Shown: one piece after another, positions 27,937 through 42,400 of the stretch | Position numbering within the stretch: position 1 is the stretch's first letter | How the letters are laid out: each line of letters opens with the position of its first letter | Origin: Nageia nagi | Lineage: Eukaryota; Plantae; Pinophyta | Direction of reading: 5' to 3' | Length of the DNA stretch: 64,000 bases | NCBI GenBank assembly: GCA_050084985.1 | Contig: JBITNC010000001.1 | Location: forward strand, 53,506,001-53,570,000 | Program-made: the position numbers and the translations under genes | Notes under the pieces: model-generated | What the model saw: the letters and a program-made list of their open reading frames with translations, nothing else | The model's database searches: none | Told to the model about the DNA's origin: nothing

Positions 27937-29080
27937 AATTACAACTAAAAGGTCATTTAGCATCATAAAGGGCATTAGAGTAGTTAAAAAAATGTCTTGA
28001 TATTATTAACATTATATAGGCATAATAATGGCATCAAAAATTATTTCAATGCAATTTTTTCATGTTTTAATGCTATTGTTGATGCTACTATTGATATTTA
28101 TGATGCTATTTTTGATAACATTTGGCATCATACATAGCATCAACATAACCTCAAAACTAAAAACAAAAAGTCAAGATCACAAATAGATCATGATCCAACC
28201 ATTGATTAAATCATTTAATTGACAATTTATACATATATAAAAGAATCTTTAAAAATGAATTTTGGTTCAAAGATGCAATGCATATTTTTCTTACTATAGA
28301 TACAAATGCACACTGCTCTCTATGCTCTTCAACATATCTTTAACTCCTACAGACTTCCATCATCAATAATTCCCTTTGAGAGGGTAAAATCCATTTACTT
28401 ATTAATTGTATTTGACTTAAATTTTACTTGTTCATGCATAAGTTCCTATAATACAAACTTATCCATATGTATGTCAACTACAAAAGTTTGATGGAAGCCT
28501 ATAAATTTTTTGATTATATGATTGAATAAGATATGGCTATGGTATTGACATTGTTTTACCAAATGCAAAAAATAACAATAGTAGTCCAACCAAATCAATT
28601 CACCTTTCCTATCATCCTTAAAGTATGCCCCAAATTGGGATATTTGAAACAAGGTTTATACATAAATCAAAGATTCTTTAAAATCGATTTTTCTTTTACC
28701 AAATGCAAAACACAATAGCATTAGTTCAACCAAATCAATTCACATTGCCCAATGTCCTCAAAGCATGCACCAAATTGGGAGATCATAATAGGATTTATAC
28801 ATACATTAAATACTCTTTAAAACTATATTTTATGGACTACAATGATTGTAGGATATGTACAAAATAGTTGAATATATTTTTTTTCTAAAATTCTACATTT
28901 TGATGCAATACCTAAAATCTAGTGATGCAATACTTAACAAAAATGATGCTATAATTGATGTAAAATGTATGATGTGTGTATTGCTATCATCTTTTGTGGT
29001 AGTATTTTGGAAAAAAATTCAAAAATAATACATTGAGCTCTGACATCTACCCTGATACTAAATTAATTTTTGTTGTAGTG
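27937..29080. mobile_element. Non-autonomous CACTA element carrying PPR gene fragments (Pack-CACTA-like)
   Basis: Right end TTTTTGTTGTAGTG (reverse complement CACTACAACAAAAA); left end decayed AATTACAACTAAAA; 3-bp TSD TGT/TAT; GATGC/GCATC subterminal repeats; removing it restores the copia gag frame. Confidence 0.82.
28300..28870 (+). pseudogene. Captured PLS-class pentatricopeptide repeat (PPR) gene fragments
   Basis: KLIHMYVNYKSLMEAYKFFDYMIE*D; LTLFYQMQ..VQPNQFTFPIILKVCPKLGYLKQG; second copy FYQMQ..VQPNQFTLPNVLKACTKLG; WTTMIVGYVQN. Confidence 0.8.
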
Positions 29081-29083
29081 TAT

Positions 29084-29382
29084 ATAAAGAGGTTGTAGTT
29101 AGGAGCCATTATTGCCTTCAACATCTCCAAAGAAAAGACTACAAAGGTTGCCATGGATAATTTGATGAGGTTGCATGAAAAAAAATCATCCTCAAATAAG
29201 GTATTTCTCATTAAAAAATTCTTTAATATGCAAATGGTTGAAGAAGTATCCATTTTGGACCACTTGAATGAGTTTAATGTAATTACTTACCAATTGTATT
29301 CAATGGGTTTATATTTTGAGGATATAATAAGGGCCTTGTTATTATTGTGTTCATTATTGGATGATTAGAATAACTTAATAAT
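29084..29382 (+). pseudogene. copia gag, piece 2
   Basis: AFNISKEKTTKVAMDNLMRLHEKKSSSNKVFLIKKFFNMQM..DHLNEFN..RALLLLCSL. Confidence 0.88.
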
Positions 29383-32300
29383 TGATTTGTAATTACTGAA
29401 TGCTCGTAGCATACTCAGATCTTCATATATATATATTTTTTTAAATAATGCATTTATTCTCAAGTATAGATTCAAATTTATAGCCAAAATTGATCATTTA
29501 CCTAATGCAAACACTAGAGCTAGTATTAGCACTTAGCTCAACATTTGTGCTAGTCTTTTTTAAAATCTTCACTAAAATATCCATGCCTTCATTTATTTAA
29601 CTTACTGCATAGAATACTGATTATGGAAATAATTTTGAAAACATAATTATCACAACACATACAATAGTACTTATATTTTTTATGCTCCTATATATGGTCA
29701 TTAGCTAATTTCCTATATTTTCTATGGAATATAAATAATTATAAAGGTTCCTCTCAATATGAGAGTATCTTCCCTTTTAGCATGGAATTTACAATTATTG
29801 TTCTCAAATGAAGCATTATAATATCAAGACAAGAGAAATAATTACTACATACAACAACCTATACTCCTTTTATCATCAATGACACTCTTGGATCTTCATA
29901 ACCTCTAAAAGGAAGGTCCTCATAGGTCTATATTACCTCTTTAAGTACCTTTAATTCAAAGGATTCATGCATAACCTTCTATGACATTTCCACTAGATTC
30001 AACAACATTTTAGCTACAACAATCTTCTGCGACCAAAATATATACAAGTTCCTTCTACTAATTCTTCATGATACTCCAGATTAGGTACCCTTTTGACATA
30101 CCAATTTGCTTCCAAGTGTTGGTGTTATGTGTAAGGTTTACACTATAATTTTTGTCAATATACTTCAAGAAATCATAGGAATAAAATATACCAAATTTCA
30201 TTGGCTCATATCAATCATCCAATTCATGAAGATCCTCTAGTTGATCCCATTCATAGAAAATTAATCCTTATATTAAAATATTATCAAGATAACACATTAC
30301 TAAGTCTACCACACCTAGTATGGTAACCCTTGATATGACTAATACATTCACAACAAGTGATCCTATCTCAACATACATCACATATTGGTCTCATATATCA
30401 TACCTCTCACAAATACAATATGCATACTTAACACATGATGTCATCACCATTATAACACAATATGGTCTTCCTAATACATGAAGATAAAACAATATACTCT
30501 ACTCAATTATGATTTACAATCAGCTTATATAAGTAGATAAAACAACATAATATGGGATCCCTCTCACTCATAATATACCACTAAATCCATGAAATTGAAA
30601 TACATATTTCCATTGATAACATGTTCCTAACATGAAAATGATTTACTAGATAAAAGAAATATATTAGACTCTAAATCATGAAGATATTTGTTCATAATCT
30701 TCACTCATAGAATCTAATCAACAAACCATACCACCATGTTTTGACCTTCAACTAATAGTAGGAGTAGTATCCTCCACCATTCAACCATCGCCATGATAGT
30801 AGAATATCCTCCACCATACATTGTAGCAATTTTCACCATTAGCACTCAATACTAAATAATGTATATGTGGGTTCATGATAGGAAGTATAATCTCACTCAG
30901 CTTTTACTAGGGCTACATCACATGTGGTAACACCTTGCCTACAACAAGAGACATTCTCTTTCTCTTCAACACTATTCTTATTCTCCCATCTATGCTCAAA
31001 TGAAGTCTCCTTAAGGATATATAGGTAGAACCAACACCTCTTATATGGTTACAGGAATCTCCAACTTCCTAAGAAGATCCAAAATTATTCAAACCATTTA
31101 AAATTACCCAAAACACGTTATGTTACATCAATGTTTATGCTAGCATTCCTACACAAAAATATGAATAGAACCATAATAGCATCATACATGACTGTACATA
31201 CTTTTGAATATAGAATAAAAACTCTCTAGTAAGGATAACATTGGTGCTACCATCAACATTGGTGTTTCCTTACTAGTGTATTAGTTCAGTACTTAGTTCA
31301 AGAGTCAGATGGTCATGTTAACAATTGGGTGGATGGTTGGATCCTCATTAGCATCAACATTATTCATTTGAAGCAATAATTAGTTCTTGAATATCAAATC
31401 AATACACTAATATGCCAAAGATGTCAAATAAAAAATCTTACATCCAAATTCCTCAATAACACCAACCCGAGCGCTCAAATCCTTTGTTAATGTAGTATTA
31501 GCACTAACTTACTAATTTTTTTCATAATGATAGTTTTGAAGAAAATATATTGGATAAAGATAAAAGATTCAACAAAGATAGGCATGTGTATACTCATTGG
31601 AAAGGTATTTTTGGGGACTATCCAATGAAAAAAGAATCAACTCAATTAGATATATATATAAAAAATTTATGTCTTTCCAAGTTTTACTAATTTGTTTTTG
31701 ACAGGTTCCATTGCAAATAAATTTCATAATACCCCTAAGAAAAGCTTCAAACATCATCCAAATATGAGAGTACATTGAATCCTTACTCTAAGGAATTTTT
31801 TATTTTAAATCACATGATCTATTTTTGATCACACCTTTGTGATACAAAGGCTTTTGATTCCACAAAATCTTAGGAAAAATTTTGAGGAATCAATGTGCCT
31901 AATTGGTCTTTGTACGTTCCACAATGGATGACTCCCTAATATCCATGGATCCTAGAACATAAGAGAAATCAAGTCCCTAGAACACCACATTATAAGAATA
32001 AACTTGGTATTCAACAAGCCAAATTCCTTAACAATCTCATCAAACCAACTAATAATCCCTAAACCTCCTCAACCTGCCCATACAATTTGAAAGTATCCAA
32101 GCCCTTATTTGACTAGTTCACTAAGCCCACTAATTCTTTGCTCCTCTCCTTATGCCAACAAAACTGTCATGCCTCCAAAATTATGGCCATAACTCTCCAA
32201 TTCACAAATATATATCAACTAAATAAGGAATTTCAAGAAGCCTACAACAATGGATACATATACCTAATTCCACCTAATAGCTTCGAACTTGCTCTACTAC

Positions 32301-35300
32301 CACATGATTTATATTCATCGGATGCTCATAGTATAATACGATCCTCATATATACATTTTTGGAAATAATGTATTTAGTCTTTAAAAAATTCAATTTTATA
32401 GCAAAAAATAATCATTTACCCAACACCAATGCTAGATCCAATGTTATTGCTAAGCTCAGCATTCGTTCTAGTCTATTTTAACATATTGACTAAAAGATGT
32501 GTGCCTTCATTTGTTAACTTACTATATAGACTACTAATTATGAAAATGCATTATAAAACATAATCAGCACAAAATATATAGTAGTATTTATATTTTCTAT
32601 ACTCCTTTATATGGTCATTTACTAATTTCAAATCTTGAACACTACCAACAAAAGAAGTGTACACACACAACATGGAATATAGAGATTTATAGAGGTTCAT
32701 CTCAACATGAGAGTAAATCTCCTTTTAGAATGGAATTTGGAACTATTCATCTTAATAAAGCATTACAATGTTAAGATAAGAGAAATAATTATTGCATATA
32801 ATAGCTTATACTTCTATGATTAGCACCACTCCTAAATCTTCACAACCTCCAATAATAAGTCCTCACAGGTCTACAACACCTCTCTAAGCAAATCTAATGC
32901 TCAAGATTCATGCATAACCTTCTATAACCTTTTCACTAGATTCAAAAACGTTCCAATTGCAACAATAATTTGCAACTAGAAAACATACAAGTTCCTTCTA
33001 CTGATTCTCCATGATACTCTAGATCATGTCCCTTTTTGTACACCAATTTTCTTCCCAAGTGTTGTCACTACATACAATATTGATGCTATGATTTCTATCA
33101 ATATACTTCAAGAAATAATAGGAACAAAATATACCAAAATTTATTAGTTCATATTAATCATCCAACTCATGAAGATCCTTTGGCTGATCCTACACATGGA
33201 AAATTAATTCCCATATTACAATCATATTAAGATAACACATTACTAAGTCTACCACACTTAGTATGCTCACCATTAATATGACTGCTACATTCACACCAAG
33301 TAATCATATCTCAACATACATCACATATTAGTCTCACATATCATACCTCTCATAAATATAATATGCATACTTAAAATATAATATCACTTCCACTATAATA
33401 CTATGTGGTATTCCCAATACATGAAGATAAAATAATCTTTTCTACTCAATTATGATTTATAATCAACTTGTAGAAGTGGATAAAATAACATACTATGGGA
33501 GCCCTCTCATTCATAATATGCCACCAAATCCATGGAAGTGAAACACACCATGCTTTTGTTCATAACATGCTCCTAACATGAAAATGATTTACCAAATAAA
33601 ACAAATATACCAAACTCTAAATCATGAAGACCTCTGATCATAAACTCTATTCATACAAATTGATCAACAAATTGTATTGCCATGTTTTGGCCTTTAACCA
33701 ATAGTATCATTAGTAGCCTCCACCATTTAGCCATCACCATGATAGTAGAATGTCCTCCACCACACATTGTAGAAGTTTTCACTATCAACTCTCATGACTA
33801 AATAATGGATATATGGGATCATGATAAGAAGTAGAATCTCACTCAACTTTGGCTAGTTCTACACCACATGTAGTAACAACCTACCTACAATAAGAGAAAC
33901 TCTCTTTCTCTTCAAAACTATTCTTATTCTCCAACTTCATAATAAGATCTAAAATAACTCAAACCACTTCAACTTCCCTGAAACACATTATATTACATCA
34001 GCATTGGTACTAATGTTCTTGCACAAAAATATGAATATAACCATAATACTATAATGACATCATGCATGATTATCCATATTTATCAATCCAAAATACAAAC
34101 TCTTTAGGAAGGCTAGTATTAGGGCTACCATCAATGTCGTTAGCACTTCCTTACTAGTGTATAAGTTGAGTAGTCGAGTCAAGAAACGGGTGGTCATGTC
34201 AATAGTCAAGTGGATGGTTGGGTCCTCATCAACATTAATGTTGGTATTTTGAAGAAATAATTGGTCCTTGAATACCAAATCAACACACTAACAAGACAAA
34301 GAGATCACATAAAAAAAATCCTACATCTAAATTCCTCATAAACACCAATGTAGGTGCTCAAATCTTTTGTTAAGCCATTATTAATGCTAAATTACCAATT
34401 TTTTGCATAATGATAGTTCTAAGGAAAATATCTTAGATGAAGGTCAAACCTTTAATAAAGGTAAGCATGCATATAGTTGTTGGAAAGGTATCTTCAAGAA
34501 ATATCCAATGAAAAAATAATCAACTCAATTGGATATCTCTAGAAAATGTTGTCTTATTTTATAACCAAAATAATAATAATTAGGGTTATTTATAGTGTAT
34601 TAATTTAATCAATTTACCATGAAATAACAAAAAATTGATGATATGAAAGATGATAATGACCTAATTAACCTTGACTTATAAAAAATGGATTTATGAAATA
34701 TACAAACTTGTACTTTACCTATGATGATGAATGGAGACAAAATCCAATTGAAAGAGGATGAACGATAAGTTTCTTCAAAATGTGGAGCCATGAATCTGAC
34801 CTTAACCTAGCTTTGATGCTAGGAACCCAATGATGTCACCTAGTTACCATTTCAAAATACCTCACCCTTTCACTTGATGTTATTTTCCCATATTTGATGC
34901 ATAAAATCTCAATCACAAATGGATGAAAGATCATGGGAATGCATAGCTTAAAGTATAACAAAATCCAAAAATGATAGGTGGCATTAAGAAACACTAGTCA
35001 AGAATGACACAAGTATATTACCACCTATCAAGGATTCAATATTATGTCATGTAATGTCATATATTTTATAATGCATACCCCCTCCACCTTTATATGAAAT
35101 GGGTCTAGTGCGAAGGCTCCTCCCTAGGCTTATTGTGATATCAAGCCGACTTGTTACCACAAAACATAAAGGTAGATGAGAGTGCACATACAAAAGAGCA
35201 TTTATTAAATAAATTATTTTGAATACCTAAAAAGTTATTTTAATTAAATTAAAATTCCTTTTTATGTTTTAATAGATGCCTCACTTTGAATATGCTTTGA

Positions 35301-35649
35301 TGCTTTTGGGACAAAAGATAATCAAAACATAAATTCAAAGTATAATAAGATGAGTAAGAAAATACTCCTTAAAAAGTTATCTCATGACAATAGCTTTGGG
35401 TACCCCAATTTTAGCCTATATTATGCCCCCTCTTTGATTTGGTTATGACATGATGGACCTCTCATCATAGGAGCAATCCAAGGCAATGGAAAAGGAACTT
35501 GAAAAAAGCTTAGACAAGAAATATTTTTTTGCACAAGATATCTCAAACATAAACATTAAACATCACAATATGGAAAGTATGATAAGAGAGTAAACTTTTC
35601 CTTGGTGACTTACCATCAAGATTTGATGAAGATGATAACCGAGCTAGAC

Positions 35650-35855
35650 TGATCAACTTGGTTTCCCAAGCCATCATGTTGCCATGGATTTTTTATATAT
35701 ATGGACCTTCCTTACAAAGATACCAAATGATAAGATTGACCCTTCCTCACAAAGGCATCAAATGATAAGAATGACCAACTTGGTTTCCTAAGCCACCATA
35801 TTTCCATGGATTTTTTTATAATAGTACCTCTTTCTTACAAAGGAGGCTAATGATA
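35650..35855. repeat. Tandem repeats in the Tat 3' UTR
   Basis: CAACTTGGTTTCC..CCATGGATTTTTT..CTTACAAAG unit at ~35655 and ~35777, with a partial unit between. Confidence 0.65.
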
Positions 35856-36129
35856 TAAAAAATGATATGCAAAATCACATTGATATATTTTGTCAAGCAT
35901 TAATTGATAAGCAACTTATTATGGAAATGAAATAGACCTAAATAAATGAAATACCTTTTTCATAAATTTACTATGATTATGAAGGAATGATCAACTTTTG
36001 GATTTTTTTACCTTTTAAACCTATCGGAGTCACTAGGAACATAGCGCTGTCACTAGATTAATGCCTTATTTTCCTGAAATGTTAGTATGGAAAGAAAAAT
36101 GCACATTTTTATGGAAAAGATCACATATA

Positions 36130-39100
36130 AAACTTTTTTATATGCATGAAATTAATTGGATTATGTTCTTATTTACCTTCAATTATAGATAATTTATATG
36201 CTCCTTTTTCATAATTTGCAATGACAATGTAAGAACTTATCCATTTAGGTTTGAACTTACCTTTCTTTTCATTTTCCAAAGCTTTAGTTTTGGCAAGATT
36301 TTCTTGTAGGAATAGGTCACCAACTTTGAACTCTTTAGGCTTGATCTTTTGACTATAGGCTTTTTGGATTCTATAATGATATACACAAAGGTGTTCTAGA
36401 GGATTAACCCATTTTTTATCTAGGACCTCTAGTTGGGCTAATCTAGTTTTTCTTCTATCCTCATCGGGAATGAGACCATCTAATGAAACATGAAGAGATG
36501 GGATTGAACCATGGCTTCATCACCATACATCAATGAGAAAGGAGTTTCCCCTACATAATTCCTTATACTTGTTCTATAGGCCTACAAAGAATAAGAAAGT
36601 TATTCATACCAATCTTTACCATATTTTGTAACAATTTTGGATAAGATACTCTTAATGAGCTTGTTGGAAGCTTCAACTTGACCATTACCTTAGGGATAAT
36701 ATGGGGTAAATATTTTCCTTTCAATATGATATTTAGCACAAAATTCCTTAACTTCATTCCCTTTAAAGCTAGGACCATTATTCATGAATAATTTGGAAGG
36801 CACATGATATCTAGAAATGATAAACTCAATAATAAATTCAAAAATCTTACCTCCTTTTGTAGACTTCATGGGTATAGCCTCTACCCATTTCATGAAGTAT
36901 TTTGTAGTTTTAATGATAAAATTATGGAAATATCTTGAAACATGGTTACTTTTACCAATAAAATCAAGTGCCCAAATAGAAAAGGGACAAGGAGATACAA
37001 TAGAATGCAAAGCATGAGAAGGACAAGGTTGGAGATTAGCATTCTTTTGATCTCATTCACATTTCTTAACATGCAATTCACAATATTCAAGCATACTAGG
37101 CCAATAATAACTTATTATAAGAAACTTTTGATAGATAAATTTAGCACTAAAGTGTCCACCACATTCACCATCATGATCATGATGAAGGGCCATGTCTACT
37201 TCATGCCTCATTAAACATCTAAGAAGAGCACCATCAAAAGATTATAGATACAAAAAATCACCAATGATGACATACTTGGTAGCTATATTTTAAAGTCTAA
37301 TTCTATAATTATGATAAAATGCAATAAGAATAACACCATATTTAATATAATTGAAAACATCTTGATACCATTCACATACATTAATACAAGTAGCTACATA
37401 ACAATGATCTTCAACAAACTCTTCAACAACATGCTCATGAGAAGGCTTACCTATATTTTTTATTATAAGGATAGTTTATTCATCTTGTATGTTAATAGGA
37501 GCAAGGAAAGTGGCACTAGCCATGGCATCAACATACCTATTGCTATCTCTTGGAATGTTATCAATTTCATACTCACTAAAGTAGATGAGGAGATTCTCTA
37601 CCATTTTTTTGTATGGTTGCAACTTATGATCTTTGGTGTTGTATATGTTGGAAACTTACTTCATAATGAGTTGAGAGTCACAAAAATTTTTGATCCTTTT
37701 TCACTTTTAGAAGTATCACAACATTTAGACCTAGAATTAGGATCTCATATTTTGCCATATTGTTAGTGCAATCAAAATTTAAACGATAAGACATAGGAAT
37801 AACATCAATGTGAGGGTTGATGAGGATAATTTCTTTCCCTACTCTATGAATGCACTTAGAACCATTGTATAATGATTTCCACTCATCATTTTCTATAAAA
37901 CTAATAAAAATTTATGGGTACTCAAGCTTAGGAATTTTATGGCAACATAGGAGTGCAGCGATAACACTAGGTTCAGGGTTGTTCTAGTCATCCACTTCAT
38001 CAAGAAACTCTTCCTACATGTTGGATACTTCAATTCATGGGTGATTTTTGATGAAATATGTTATATATTATCCCTTTATAAACTTTTGAGTGATAAATAC
38101 CAAATCAAACTCTTGAAGAAACATCACCCATTTTGCATCTCTTTCAAATAGGTAGGATTTGTACATGAGATATCTGAGAGGATCATCCTGAGCTATGACA
38201 TAGGTTGTATTTACAAGCATGTTATGTATTAAATTTTTGGTTGAAAATACTATAGCAAAACACATATTTTCAATTTGAGTATACCTTGTCTCATAATCAA
38301 GTAAAGTCCTACTGATATAGTAGATTGCTCTTTCCTTGTTATTGTCATCCTTCTAAGCTAACATTACCCCTAATGCACTTAATGTTGCTAAAACATAAAC
38401 TAAAAAAATTCCTTTACAAAATATAAGGGGCTAAGATTGGATTGTTAGTAAGGTACCTTTTATGTTATCCAAAGCCTTTTGACACTTTCCATCCCAAATG
38501 AATTTCTCACCTTTCTTTAATAAATGAGAAAATGGGAAAGTCATATCTGCTAATTGAGAAATGAATCATCTGATTGCTTGAACTTTTTCTTAAATACTTA
38601 TTAGTTCTTTCAAATTCTTATGAGGTAAATCAATAATGACTAAAACTTTCTTGATATCCACCTATACCTCTTCTTGAAATAATGAACCTAAGCAATTTAC
38701 CCGATGAGATTGCAAATGCACACTTTTGAGGTTTGAAACATCCTTTTCAAATTGGAAATGTGATCATATTTGGTTGTGTACTTTGCTAGGATATCATCAA
38801 CATCCACCTCAACACTATCATGGATCATATCATGGAACATACTCACCATGGCTCTTTGATAAGTTGTACCTATATTCTTTAGAACAAAAAGGCATGACTA
38901 CCTAACAAAATATTCTCCAAAGAGTAACAAAAGTTATCTTATGTTGTTCTTCCTTGTTGATCCTAATTTGATTGTAGCCAAAAAATCCATCCATGAAAGA
39001 TAAAATCTCATGGATAACTATTGAATCTACAATCATATCAATGTTAGGCAAAGGAAAGGCATCTTTAGGATATGCCTTGTGGATATCTCTTAAATCTCTA

Positions 39101-42100
39101 CAACATCTTATTTCATCATTAGACTTAGCTATAGGCACAATGTTAGAAATCCATGGAGAATAATTAATAGGCACTATAAAACTAGTAGCAAGATTCTTTT
39201 TTATTTTCTTTTTAATAGTAAGGTCTACCCTAGGATGTATCTTTCTAGGCTTTTGTTGGATTGGTTTTATATTTTAATTGACAACTAGGCTATGCATGAC
39301 AAAATCAATACCAATACAAGGCATATTTGAATAATACCAAGCAAAATCATCAGAGAACTCTTTTAATAATAGGTGGTTCCTTTCTCATTCTTCCAAGGTT
39401 AACCAAGCTCCTATTATGATCAATTACGGATCCTACTAGGCACTGATGTTTACTTCTAATATTTCTTCATTAAGATAAGATATTTTGTCATTAAGTTGGG
39501 GAGGCATAGGTAATGCCCCCAATACTAAATCCAAACTCTACTATAATACATGGGAATAACAGAACAATGATGCTAGGATCCCAACACCATTGCCCCATTA
39601 AAGGATGGGATGAATGACTATAAAAGATGGACTAGATAGACCTATGACTAATTTGATGAAAAATAAATGAAAAACAAAGAGAAGGGTAAGGATCTAACAT
39701 GTAATTTGTGCATCATCCATGCAAACCTCCTTACCAAAATGAGCCTAATATCACATGAACCAAGTTGTGAGCCTCTTTTCATTGGATTTAGGAGACTTAC
39801 TCCCTACCCCTAGCTTCTCAAGGATAGCATTATCATTTTTGAAGATTTCTTATCGAACTGGATCCATAGGAGGTAAAAATGGATCTACATAGTAATCATG
39901 TAACTCCTATGTTAGACCATGCATCATGCCATAATGCAATCACTCATCAAAGATATCTTTGGTGCAACCTTGATCATGACTATCAACATGTTGAATGATT
40001 GGAATTAATGGAGATGGGCTAGGTGTAGACTCATCAAATCCAACACTAGCTTTTCTCTTATGTTGACCTTCATTCAGAATAAGATCTATGATACCCTTCT
40101 CATTCTTACCTAATCCTTTTCCATCATAGTGATATTTATATATATATTGGGTAGCAAAAGTAGAATCGATACTATTGAAATATGTACTTACCTGACCTAG
40201 TGATTTTTGCAAAATAAAATTTATATATTTATTATTAGATGCACTTTTTTCTTTGTGTTCTTATAAATAACATTGATGTCTTCAACAAGGTCATCATTTT
40301 GCTTAGGAATAGAGTGACACTGCTTGGTTTCATCCTCCTCTAGCAGCAACATTGCATTTTTGGGATAGAAAGAGGTCATCCAAGTTTCTTTAAATTCTCC
40401 CAGATGTTGATCTTCAAGATTTTATATGTTCTAAGGCTTACTACTTACAAAGTGACATCGATGATAGGTATTGGTGCATCTTCCTCACTTTTGACCAAAT
40501 CATGAGGAATCCAAAACTTCTCAATTTTTTGACATACATTCATAGGATTATCTTTTGTATGAATAGTAACATGCTTACCTTTATGCATAAATTTGATCAA
40601 CTAATGCAATCTGAAAGTAACAATCCTAATCTTATGTATCCATGGTCTACCAAGTAACAAGTTATATTGCAATTTCACTTGAAAAACATAAACTTTTTGA
40701 TGAATAGTTTTACCACCTACTTCAATAGGTATAGACACATATACAATGCATTCCTTTTCAGTATTATCAAACCCTTTTATGCTAATAGTAGTTCTTTTAA
40801 TTTTTGTGTAAATTGAATCAAAATACATTTGCAATAATTTAACTAAACATAGATTGATATTTGAACCAATATCAATTAAAGATTTTTTAACAAGAACACT
40901 ATCAATGTTAACAAGGATATACAGTCCTAGATTCTTCTCAATAACATCTTCACTAGGTAATTCACTCTCTCAGAAGGAAAACAATTTACAAACTAAATCA
41001 GTGTCAATATTACCTACTAATTCCATAAATTTAGTAACAGGGATATCTCCTCAACTTCAATTTTTTTAAGTGCATCAAATAAAGCATTTTTATGATCAAT
41101 TGATAATTGCAAAAGTTTGAAAATACTTATCTTAGCATGAGTTACCTTTAGTTGCTTAATGAGTTGTTGTGTACTAAAATTATGAGGGACCTCCATTCAC
41201 TCTACTGCAGTCAGATTGACACTCCCTCTAGGTATTCCTCTCCTAGTGGCATCGCACAGTTCTTGGTTGAAAATGATATTCATTGTGAGGGGTTTGACTT
41301 TCTCTGAATCAATTGTATGGGCCTCATACTGTATCTTACCATCATCTAATAATTTTCATAATTATTTCCTTAGGGTCATACATGCATTTATTCTATGACC
41401 TTTATCTTTGTGATATTTGCAAAATTCTACTTCATTATACCAACTAGGTTTATTATCATGAGGATCTAGCTCTTATTTCATATCAGGTTTGATTAGTCCC
41501 TTTTGTAAACAATACTTGAACATAATGGCATGATCCAAAGGTAACCTATTTTTCTTCCTAAATTTTTTCCTCGCTTGACTCTTTTATTGCTCTTTAGATG
41601 GGGGTTATTCTATGGCATGTACTTCTTTATCTTCTTTTTTCTTATGTCTAACTTCCATAGTTTTCTTATTAGGGTTTTTGTATTTCAAGTCACCCCTATC
41701 AACTAAGCACTTCTCCTTTAGGGTAAGCCTATGCATAATTTTTGTAAAGGGTAGTATCATATAATTCAAGGCTATGAACTTCAATTTAGGATGGATATTA
41801 TGGACAAACATGGATGTGATATGAGATTTAGATAAGGGTTCATGAATCATGCTCCATATCTTTTGAAATCTTTAGGCAAATTTATCAAATCTTCATTTGA
41901 ACCTTGGACAACACTAACTAAATTTGAAACTATCATTTTTCTAGGAGCACAATATTTGAAATGGACATAGAATTTCGAGATAAGTTGTGCATAGCAATTA
42001 ATAGATTTAGCAGGTAAAGAGAAGTCTCAATTCAATGTGTTACCTTTGAATATAGTAGGGAAGTATTTATCTATCAAGTTATCATTCACCCTAAATTTCA

Positions 42101-42400
42101 ATTCAAATTTCATTTTGAAAGCCTTGATATTAGCCATAGGATCTCCCTCACCATTTTATGTATCAAAAACATGTTCCACTTGCAAATCGGGTGTCCTAGT
42201 ATTGTGAATCTCATCACATAGCAAATTTGAATCCCTAGATATGGGTAGAGCACCTCTAATGGATTGGATGTTGCTCCCAATGTTAGAGGATTCACTTCTC
42301 TCTTCATTTTCATATAGAATCTTTTTTGTAATAGCTTTGGTGCCTCATCAAAGCTATTAACCATCGAAAGAAATTCAGCAAGTTCCATTTTTGAAATAAT
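36130..42400 (-). pseudogene. gag-pol pseudogene of gypsy element 34557-43198
   Basis: RT SPWISNIVPIAK..PKDAFPLPNID..SFMDGFFGYNQI (38902-39174); RH KWVMFLQEFDL (38068-38265); aRH CTNNMAKYEILILGL (~37550-37890); INT PFSIWALDFIG..KWVEAIP..TPYYP..GQVEASN (36563-37010); protease LIDIGS..LLLGRPWIH (40601-40890); G-patch 40036-40164. Confidence 0.92.

Noticed and set aside
37311-37766. 151-aa plus-strand ORF
   Set aside because: Antisense shadow of the gypsy aRH/INT region.
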